64,000 nucleotides of DNA from contig OY970202.1 in NCBI GenBank assembly GCA_963708375.1, forward strand, positions 2,065,814-2,129,813. Direction: 5' to 3'. Positions 38,139 through 45,830 of this stretch are shown piece after piece. Below the pieces are notes generated by a model. That model was not told the DNA's origin. It worked only from the letters and a program-made list of their open reading frames with translations, and did no database searches. The translations under genes were made by a program, and so were the position numbers. Numbering within the stretch: the stretch's first letter is position 1; every line of letters begins with the position of its first letter. Source of the stretch: an uncultured Solirubrobacterales bacterium (lineage in GTDB: Bacteria; Actinomycetota; Thermoleophilia; Solirubrobacterales; Solirubrobacteraceae).

Positions 38139-41100
38139 GCAGGGCGAGATTGCCTCGACGCGCGGCTCGCACTCGATTTGCGTATCTCCTCGCCGCCCTA
38201 ACCCTGCCGGTGGCGGCCCTCGCGCTGGTGGGTCCGCTTGCGCTGGGCGCACTGCCAGGGTCCGACAGAGCGACCGCGGTTGCCGCGACGACGTCCGTGG
38301 AAGCCCCAGTGCCACAGACCGACGCCTCGGTGCCCGCCGTGCGAGTAACGATGATCGGCGCCACGCCGCTCGAAGCTCCCAGCACGAACGAGACCTGGGG
38401 CGTGGGCGTGAGCGGCTCGGGCGCCCTGCTCGTGCGCTACACCAAGGAAATGGGCTGGACGCTCGGCCCCGCGCTCCCCGACGGCTTCGTGCTCGACAAA
38501 AGTGTGCTGGCCGGTCAGATGACCCCCTCGGGCGCCGGTGTGCTAGTCGGAACTCAGCCAAGCGCAGCGGGCGCAAGGCCCGAAGTCGTGCTCGTCCGTG
38601 ACCCCGGCGGCGCGTTCGCGCCGACGGCGCCGGTGCCCACCGAAGGACAGACCGCGTCCGGTGAAGAACCGCTGATGAAGGTCGGCGAAAAGCTGTTCGT
38701 TGCCTCCCGAGCTCCGCTGCTGGCGCCGCTCCACGAAGCCGCGGGAGGAGCCGGTGCGCTGGTTGTGCCCGTCTGGGAAGCCGCGGGGGTGGAGAGCCAG
38801 GTGCTGCACTGGGACGGCCAAAAGTGGAGCTCGGAGCCGATCGAAATCCCGTCTGCCAGCAAGACCGACTTTCGCGTGCTGGCGCTCGGCGCGAGCGATC
38901 CCGAGCACGCCTGGCTGCTCGCGCAGCTATCCTCCAAGGCTTCCTACCCGGCCGGAGCTGTTGCTCTGTTTCGGCGTGTGCGCGAAGGAGCCGGGGCGGG
39001 CGCCAAGTGGATCTGGAAGCCGGCCACGGCACCCGGCGGCGAAGCGGGAGAAGCCGAACCGCTGACCGTTCCGGTACAGCAGGCGGGCAAACCGGCTGGC
39101 GCCGCGCCCTTCACTGTGCGTGGCGTCGGCGAGCCGCCGACCGCCCAGTCCCAGCTGCTGACCGTCACGAGCGAAGGCGTCTGGATCGACGGCGAACGCG
39201 GCGACGTTCAGAGCCCGAACTCGGCCTCCACGACGCTCTTCTTCAAGCCCGAAGCCGAACGCGCGGGAGGCAGCGTCGAGGCGAGCTGGTGTCAATCGCC
39301 ACCCGAAGCCACCCCCCAATGCAGCTACGAACTGCCCGAAGCTCTGCCCCGGGGTCCCTCGCGTAGCATCGCCTGGGCGGATGGAAGCACCTTCGGCCGG
39401 CGTGTCGTCACGGGTCTGCCCGAAGGCGTGAGCCTCAGCCTGGCCACGCAACCGCTCGGGCGCTTCGAACGCGTGCTTGCGCTCGGCGCGGGCCCGAGCC
39501 CCGACGAAGACCCGGGCGCGACCTACGGTGCCGCCTTCACGAGTCCCGAGGAGGGTTGGCTGGGGGAGAATGTCATGCCCGTGCACCTCACCCGCGAACC
39601 GGCTCCCAGCCGGCTTGCGCCGTGGCCCACCTCGTTTCGTCACCCGCTGCTGGCAATAGCGCCACAGCCCGGCGCCCCGGTCGGCGCCCTCTCCAGCGAA
39701 GCGCTCGCGGTCGGCGACATGGGCGCGGTAGCACGCTTCAAGCCGGGCGTCGGCTGGCTGCCCGAAAGCCTGTTCGGGGTCGGACAGCGGGTCGAGCACC
39801 CGCGGCTGCGGGCGGTCGCCTGGCCGACGCCGACGCGCGCTTACGCGGTCGGCGATTACTCGAGCGAAGAATCCAACATGTGGTTGTGGCGTGGCGAGAC
39901 CGGTCTATGGGAACCCGACCCGGCGATGCCGCTCAACTTCCGCGGCAACCTGCTAGGGGTCGCTTTCGACCCCAACAACCCGGCGCGTGGCTATGCGGTG
40001 GGGTCGAGCGTGACGGCTGGCGCCGAAGGGGTGCTGCTGCGATACGGCAAGACCTGGACCCAGGAAACCGGATTGCCCTCTCAGGTCCAGGGGGCGAACT
40101 TCGTCTCGATCGCGTTCGCCGGCTCGGAGGCGATCGTCGCCTACCGTGTGCGAGACGGGTCGAGCGGCCACGTGAGCGGAGGCTTGCTGGTCAACGAAGG
40201 CTCGGGCTGGCGCGTGGACGAACAGGCCGTGACCGCGACCGGCGGCGCCGTCCCCGGCGCGGTGGCAGGTTTGCCCGACGGCGGTGCGGCGTTCATCGCC
40301 ACCGCCCCGGAAGGGGGAGGGACGCGGATATACGAGCGCGAATCCGCCGGCTCGCCGTGGCAGGCGACCGCAGTTCCCCTGCCCGGGGTGGGCGCCGGTT
40401 CGCTCGCCCTGTTTCGCGAAGGGGACGCGTTGCGGACGATTGTTTCCGCCGGCGGGATCGCCAACGAAGGCGAACCCCAATCGCCGCCGCCGGGGTTCCC
40501 CTCCAGCTACCTCAGTCCGCTCTCGCCGATCGGCGGCGGCCCGCAGAGCGGCGGCATGGTGAGGCAGACGGCCACTGGATGGAGCGACGAGAGCCACGAA
40601 CTGAACCCGGCGGGAGAAGCCGCGGGAGGCTATGTCAGCCACGACATGCCCTACCGACTCGACCCGATCCTTGCGGTCCTGGTCGACCCGACCGGCACCC
40701 AGGGTTGGGCCGTGGGCGGCAATATCGACACGAAGTTCGAAGGTCGGCTCGAGACCGGCGACGTGGACCGCTACCCGGCCGACGGCGTCGCGCCTCTGGG
40801 CGCAGGCACGTCTCCTGTTTCGCTGGAAGTGCCCGAACGCGAAAGCGAAGCCAAGGACGTGACGTTCGCGATTGGCGGCAACGCCCAGTGCTCGGCCCCG
40901 TGTGGGGACCGCGCGCGGGCGGGCGTCGGCCCCGACGTCTGGCTGCGCACGGTGCTGGAACGCGCGCGCGGGGTCGGCGTGCGCGCGTTCCTCTACACCG
41001 GCCCGTTCGTGACCCAGGGCAAGGTCAACGGTCCCCGGTCCGTCCCGATCCTGTACGCGCAGGAGCTCGAAACCTACGCCTCGATGCTCAGGTCCGCTTC

Positions 41101-42832
41101 GCCTCTGCCCGTGTACGCCGCGGTGTCCCCCCAGGAGCTCGACGCGCGCCCCGAACGCGAAGGAAGCGAGGCGACCTTCGAACGCGAGCTTGCCGAAGTG
41201 GAGCCGTTCGGCGACGGAGTCACATTCGGCGAAGTTCCGACCGCGAGCAAGCCGAGCGAAGCCGAACGGCAGGCGTGCGCGCACAGGGTGGGCTGCGAGG
41301 CGGCCTATTACGCGTTCGACTCTCAGGGGTCCGGAGGGCCACAGGACGGGACGGTGCGGGTGATCGTGCTCGACAACAGCGCCGACGTTGAACCAGCGCA
41401 GCTTCAGTGGCTCGAAGCCGAGCTGGAAAGCGCCAAGAGTGCGGAAACGCCCGCGGTCGTCGTGGGCAACGCCGACCTGAAGGCGCAGGCCTCAGGCGGA
41501 GACGTCCAAGCGGCGGCGGTGGTGGCGGCGCTCGTCGGCGGGTCCAGTCTTTGCCGGGAACGTCACAACCCCTGCGGCGCCTCCGCCTACTTCTACGACT
41601 CGCCGGAAGAGAACGTGCGGGAGCTGCTGCGCGCCGGCGGCGAATCGATTGAAGCGTTCGGCTCGGGCACGCTTGGCTACGTAAACGTCCAGAACGAACG
41701 CTCCGGCGAATTCCACGGCGCCAGCGGCTTCCTGCTAGGCCAGGTGGTGGTGGCCAAGCGCAACCCGAGTACCAACCGCGTACCAGTCGAAGTTAGGCTG
41801 ATCCCGAACATCGGCGAACTCGCGCTGGAAGCCCAGGACGGGACACTCCTGCGCCGCAGCAACCCCGCACTTTTCGAGGGACTGGCTCGTCGCCCGCGCG
41901 CGGGGGACGAGGCCGGGGAAAAAACCGAAGAGACCGAAGGCGACCCGTATATCCCGATCCCCGAGAACTGCGTCGGCGCGGGCTGTGAAACGAGCGACCT
42001 GTTCCCCGAATACACGTTCAGCTCCTCGCGTCCGGACATCGGTGGCTTCGTCAAGCCCAATCTCGCGGTGGCGGGCAGCCGTCATGCCGTGTTGGTGAAC
42101 GCCAAGGGCGAACCCGAACGGGAACCGATCAACGAAAAGACCGGTCTCGAAGAATCGAAGTCGGGCCTGTTCTGCGCGTATAACGCCGGCACCACGACGG
42201 TCACGATCAGCGCGGGCGGCCTGGCGGCGTCGCTGCCGGTGACGGTGGAGGCCGGCAGCGTGCGCGAGCCGTGCGGCACGGTGCTCTTGAAAAATCTGCC
42301 GGCCGCCAAACAGCAGGTGTCCGCTCCGGCGCCACCGCCACCCGCGCCGGCGCCGGCCGCGGCTCAGCCGGCGCCCGCCTCGACACCACCGCTCGTGCCG
42401 CTGCCGCCGGCTCCGCCGTTGCCACCGCCGGCCCGAACACCGGCAAAGGCCGCGTTGCCAAGCCCATTCGTACCCTTGGCGGCCGTGTCAACGCCGGTGC
42501 TCGCCTTCGTACCTCCGCCGGTCCCGACTCCCGCTCGGCCAAGCCCTCCGACCGGCACCTCGGCCGTGACCTCGCCGATCGAGGTGGCCGAACGCGAAGA
42601 GGAGGAGGAGAGCGCGACCGAGCAGGCCTCCAACCTGGCGGTGGCCTACCGCTCATCCGAAGACGAGCCCGCCTCGATGTACCTGCTCGGCGTTCTTCTG
42701 CTGGCCGCGTTCGCCGGCGCCTCGATCCGTCGCTCGGGAAGGGGTAGGCGCGGAGCGCGTGTGGCGCCCGCCACGATTTCAACTATGCGCTCGCAGCGCC
42801 GGTGGGCCGTCCGCGCTCGCCGGGATCGTTGA
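38135..42832 (+). CDS. 1565-aa surface protein: propeller repeats, degenerate calcineurin-like phosphoesterase, Ig (Big_2-like), Pro-rich stalk and C-terminal TM
   Basis: Signal peptide; AYAVG/GYAVG/GWAVG blades; YYAFD..VRVIVLDNS..QLQWLEAEL; GTTTVTISAGG; poly-Pro region; TM followed by an Arg-rich tail. Confidence 0.78.
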   Translation: MSRARLPRRAARTRFAYLLAALTLPVAALALVGPLALGALPGSDRATAVAATTSVEAPVPQTDASVPAVRVTMIGATPLEAPSTNETWGVGVSGSGALLVRYTKEMGWTLGPALPDGFVLDKSVLAGQMTPSGAGVLVGTQPSAAGARPEVVLVRDPGGAFAPTAPVPTEGQTASGEEPLMKVGEKLFVASRAPLLAPLHEAAGGAGALVVPVWEAAGVESQVLHWDGQKWSSEPIEIPSASKTDFRVLALGASDPEHAWLLAQLSSKASYPAGAVALFRRVREGAGAGAKWIWKPATAPGGEAGEAEPLTVPVQQAGKPAGAAPFTVRGVGEPPTAQSQLLTVTSEGVWIDGERGDVQSPNSASTTLFFKPEAERAGGSVEASWCQSPPEATPQCSYELPEALPRGPSRSIAWADGSTFGRRVVTGLPEGVSLSLATQPLGRFERVLALGAGPSPDEDPGATYGAAFTSPEEGWLGENVMPVHLTREPAPSRLAPWPTSFRHPLLAIAPQPGAPVGALSSEALAVGDMGAVARFKPGVGWLPESLFGVGQRVEHPRLRAVAWPTPTRAYAVGDYSSEESNMWLWRGETGLWEPDPAMPLNFRGNLLGVAFDPNNPARGYAVGSSVTAGAEGVLLRYGKTWTQETGLPSQVQGANFVSIAFAGSEAIVAYRVRDGSSGHVSGGLLVNEGSGWRVDEQAVTATGGAVPGAVAGLPDGGAAFIATAPEGGGTRIYERESAGSPWQATAVPLPGVGAGSLALFREGDALRTIVSAGGIANEGEPQSPPPGFPSSYLSPLSPIGGGPQSGGMVRQTATGWSDESHELNPAGEAAGGYVSHDMPYRLDPILAVLVDPTGTQGWAVGGNIDTKFEGRLETGDVDRYPADGVAPLGAGTSPVSLEVPERESEAKDVTFAIGGNAQCSAPCGDRARAGVGPDVWLRTVLERARGVGVRAFLYTGPFVTQGKVNGPRSVPILYAQELETYASMLRSASPLPVYAAVSPQELDARPEREGSEATFERELAEVEPFGDGVTFGEVPTASKPSEAERQACAHRVGCEAAYYAFDSQGSGGPQDGTVRVIVLDNSADVEPAQLQWLEAELESAKSAETPAVVVGNADLKAQASGGDVQAAAVVAALVGGSSLCRERHNPCGASAYFYDSPEENVRELLRAGGESIEAFGSGTLGYVNVQNERSGEFHGASGFLLGQVVVAKRNPSTNRVPVEVRLIPNIGELALEAQDGTLLRRSNPALFEGLARRPRAGDEAGEKTEETEGDPYIPIPENCVGAGCETSDLFPEYTFSSSRPDIGGFVKPNLAVAGSRHAVLVNAKGEPEREPINEKTGLEESKSGLFCAYNAGTTTVTISAGGLAASLPVTVEAGSVREPCGTVLLKNLPAAKQQVSAPAPPPPAPAPAAAQPAPASTPPLVPLPPAPPLPPPARTPAKAALPSPFVPLAAVSTPVLAFVPPPVPTPARPSPPTGTSAVTSPIEVAEREEEEESATEQASNLAVAYRSSEDEPASMYLLGVLLLAAFAGASIRRSGRGRRGARVAPATISTMRSQRRWAVRARRDR

Positions 42833-42871
42833 GTGGCACGGTGACGCGATCGTCTGCGGCGTGTGATTTCT

Positions 42872-42900
42872 GTTCACCGTTTGTTCACCGTTTGGCAACA
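42872..42900 (+). promoter_or_regulatory. PHO box (two exact GTTCACC units plus a degenerate third)
   Basis: GTTCACCgtttGTTCACCgtttGGCAACA with 11-bp period, matching the actinobacterial PhoP GTTCACC direct-repeat unit, about 42 bp before ATG 42942. Confidence 0.82.
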
Positions 42901-42941
42901 CTCTGCCGGCGTCTATCGGACAGTGTGTGTTCTCACAGCCG

Positions 42942-45548
42942 ATGACCGTTCAGAGCACAGACATTTTCCGCCGGCTGTCCCTGCTCGCGTGCGTGAGCAC
43001 GCTCGCCATGCTGTGCCTATCCGCCGTGTCTGCACCCGCGCACGCCGCGCCTGCGTGGGGCGAATTCGAACACGCGTTTCTGCAGGCGAGCAACCTTGCG
43101 ACGGGCAAGGAACCCGGGCACGTTTACACCGGCAGCCACGCCCCGGTGTTCGCCGTCGATTCTTCGACCGGCAGCTTCTATGTTGCCGACGAGATCGAAA
43201 CTGGCGCCCAGCTGAAGTTCCGCATCCAGCGGTTCGACTTCAACAAAGCCGGGAAAGCGGAAGCCAAAGCTTCGGTTGAATTCACGACGCCGTCAGCCTC
43301 GAAATCGGGCACGAGCACCGCAGGCGAAGAAGTTCAGCTCGCGGTTGACCCTGCGCGCAATCGCGTCTATGCGCTGATCGTCTACAAGCGGCGCGAAAAA
43401 GAAGAAAAAGAAGAAAAAGAAGAAGAAAAAGAATGCGAAGAAAAGGGCAAATGCTACGAACGCTTCCCGTTGGACTACGAAGAACTGGTGGCCGGCGAAC
43501 TCTACGCGTTTGACTACCAGAGCGGCCAACTGGTGTCCGCGAACGCGAACGCGCCGATCGTCTCGGAAAGCACCTTCAAGCCTCAGGGCGAAACCCCCAA
43601 GGAGGCGCTGCTCAATCCGCGCGGCATGGCCGTGGAACCCGCGACCGGGAATCTGGTCATCACCGGCCAAGAGGACGAACAGGAAAACCTCAAGGTCGAG
43701 AAGCAGGAAGGCTCGCGGGAGTGTCGCGTGGCCGCGCAGTTCGTGACGGTCGCGGAATCGAAAGCCAACCCGGGCGAACTGAGCGGCAAACTCGGGCATC
43801 GCTACGTCGATAACGAAAGTGCCCTCGAAGAATTGACCTGCGAACACGAAGCGGTCGAATCGGTGCCCTACTCGCCGGTCATCACCGCCAAAGGCAAACT
43901 GCTGGCCGAGGAGACGCGCGCTCTGTGTCCGACCGAAGATTGCGAAGGCGGGGAAGTGTGGGAACTGCCGGAGTCCGCCGACAAGGTGAGCGAAACCGCG
44001 AACAAAATCGAAGAATTCGCGAGCAAGCCACGACTGCTCTACAAAGTTCCCGCGGGACATGAACTGGTGCGCTTCGGCGCGGAAGGCTTGGCCGGGCCGT
44101 TGATGTCCTATATGCCCGACAGCTCCGGCGCGAGCGAAGAGCAGGGCAAGCTGTACCTGTCGGGCGAAATCGACGAAAAAGGCTTCAACTCGGCGGTGCT
44201 CACGCTCAACTACGCCGAAGCCTCGGGCAAAGAACCTGCCACGAGCGAGTTTGGATGGACCGGCGGAGGACAGGGTGTGGGCGGCAACGAAGGCTGCTCG
44301 ATACCCAAACCGGGCGGCCAGGCCTTCCTCGTCGGCGGCTTCAAGGAAACTGGGGGCGGGGGTCGCGAAGGAGTTGTCGCGCTTGATTCGTTCAGCTCGG
44401 AAAATCTGCCCCAGATAGAGGGCCTCCAGTTCGGCCCCGGTGGGGGCGTCAACGGATGCCCGCACGTGACGGTGAGCGTGCCGAGCGTGAAGGCCGGTGG
44501 GGTGGAAGTTAGCCCCCAGCCTCAGGAGGAAGTCACGCTCTCCTCAAACGTTGAAGGCGCCAATGCCAAGAGCGTCGAATGGCAGTTCGAAGACGTCTCG
44601 ACCGAAAAAGCGGAAACACCCGTGACGGACAGCGCCGATCAGTTCCAGACCACAAGCCTCAAACACGCGTTCGCCGAAGAAGGCAAGTACAAGGTGACAG
44701 AGGTCGTCGAAACGGACAATCTCGCATACCCGAGCGTGACGCAAACGCGTGAAATTCTGGTCGGACACGCCCGCCCCGAATTCGTGATCTCGGGGCCGAC
44801 GTCGGTGATCGAAGGCGAAGAAGCAAAGTTCGTAGCCGAAGTCGAAGACGAAAACAAAACCGTGACGCCGCTCAAGTATGTATGGAAGTTCGGTGACGGC
44901 AGCGAACTCAAGGGCGAAACGAGTTCGAACTCGACGACGATTGAAGCCAAGCATTTGTATGCCACACCGTGCTCGTCGTGCACCGTAACGTTGGAAGTCA
45001 CCGATAAGGAAGGTGTTACCGGTACCCATACGGCGAAGATCGCCGTGCATGAAAAGGCCAAAACCGGTGGCGGTGGCAACAACGGTGGCGGTGGCAACAA
45101 CGGTGGCGGTGGCAACAACGGTGGCGGTGGCAACAATGGTGGCGGTGGCAACAATGGTGGCGGCGCTAAAGCTCAGCCCGAAGCCGCGCTGGCAGGTACG
45201 ACGCTCGTCGTGAGTCCGGGCGGTGCGCTCACCCTGAAGGTGACATGCCCGAGTGGCGAGACGAGCTGCGCGGGGACGGTGACGCTGCGCACGGTCAGTG
45301 CCGTGAGTGCGTCTAAGCACAAAAAGAAGGCGATCCTCACGCTTGCGAGCGGCTCGTTTGTGGTCGCCGGCGGGCAGGTCAAGGCGGTTGTGTTGCATCT
45401 GTCGGGCAAGGCTCGGGCGCTGCTGGCGCACTCCCATACGCTTCGTGTGCGTGCCACTCTGCTCGCGCACGACCCAAGCGGCGCGATCCACACGACCTCG
45501 ACGGTCGTGACGCTGCGCGTCGCAAAAGCGGCTCACCACAAACACTGA
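42942..45548 (+). CDS. Exported Glu/Lys-rich protein with tandem PKD domains, (GGGGNN)5 linker and basic C-terminal domain
   Basis: Signal ending AHA; NHL/propeller-like N-terminus (LNPRGMAVEP); KYVWKFGDG..VTLEVTD PKD; terminal C-x6-C domain. Confidence 0.82.
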   Translation: MTVQSTDIFRRLSLLACVSTLAMLCLSAVSAPAHAAPAWGEFEHAFLQASNLATGKEPGHVYTGSHAPVFAVDSSTGSFYVADEIETGAQLKFRIQRFDFNKAGKAEAKASVEFTTPSASKSGTSTAGEEVQLAVDPARNRVYALIVYKRREKEEKEEKEEEKECEEKGKCYERFPLDYEELVAGELYAFDYQSGQLVSANANAPIVSESTFKPQGETPKEALLNPRGMAVEPATGNLVITGQEDEQENLKVEKQEGSRECRVAAQFVTVAESKANPGELSGKLGHRYVDNESALEELTCEHEAVESVPYSPVITAKGKLLAEETRALCPTEDCEGGEVWELPESADKVSETANKIEEFASKPRLLYKVPAGHELVRFGAEGLAGPLMSYMPDSSGASEEQGKLYLSGEIDEKGFNSAVLTLNYAEASGKEPATSEFGWTGGGQGVGGNEGCSIPKPGGQAFLVGGFKETGGGGREGVVALDSFSSENLPQIEGLQFGPGGGVNGCPHVTVSVPSVKAGGVEVSPQPQEEVTLSSNVEGANAKSVEWQFEDVSTEKAETPVTDSADQFQTTSLKHAFAEEGKYKVTEVVETDNLAYPSVTQTREILVGHARPEFVISGPTSVIEGEEAKFVAEVEDENKTVTPLKYVWKFGDGSELKGETSSNSTTIEAKHLYATPCSSCTVTLEVTDKEGVTGTHTAKIAVHEKAKTGGGGNNGGGGNNGGGGNNGGGGNNGGGGNNGGGAKAQPEAALAGTTLVVSPGGALTLKVTCPSGETSCAGTVTLRTVSAVSASKHKKKAILTLASGSFVVAGGQVKAVVLHLSGKARALLAHSHTLRVRATLLAHDPSGAIHTTSTVVTLRVAKAAHHKH
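43395..43433 (+). repeat. Purine-only GAAAAAGAA repeat (EKEEKEEKEEEKE)
   Basis: 9-bp unit repeated; 39 consecutive purines. Confidence 0.8.
45066..45164 (+). repeat. 18-bp tandem repeat x5.5 encoding GGGGNN
   Basis: GGTGGCGGTGGCAACAAY x5 followed by GGTGGCGGC. Confidence 0.92.
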
Positions 45549-45657
45549 TCATCGGCGCCGCTGCCCCTGGGAGTCCGCTATTTGGCGCATCGGCGAGTTG
45601 CGTGACGATCGCCATGCTGGCGGCATCCCTGACTCAGCTGTATTCACACGGCATTGT

Positions 45658-45694
45658 GTGACCAACCGGTAAACGACCGTAAAGATGCGGTAAA
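45658..45694 (-). promoter_or_regulatory. Degenerate PHO-like repeat array upstream of the PstS-like gene
   Basis: GTGAC 45658 and GTAAA 45669, 45679, 45690 (11/10/11 spacing); also TTCAC at 45643. Confidence 0.45.
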
Positions 45695-45830
45695 GGATAG
45701 TTGCAGGGCACAAGATCGTAACCGAGGTCACGGGCAGAGGTGGGATGGTGTTTGCTGTGGGGCAAGGTACTCCCGCCGGTGCGGTCTCAGCCGCACGCGC
45801 AATGTAATACCAACAGGAGGTAGTCACGTA

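Noticed and set aside
39556-41391. Long alternative-frame or antisense ORFs (e.g. 39556+, 36018-, 7807-, 53387-, 20168+)
   Set aside because: Arg/Pro/Gly-rich shadow ORFs over well-supported genes, with no recognisable motifs.
45066-45164. CRISPR-like array
   Set aside because: Head-to-tail 18-bp coding repeats with no spacers and no cas genes.
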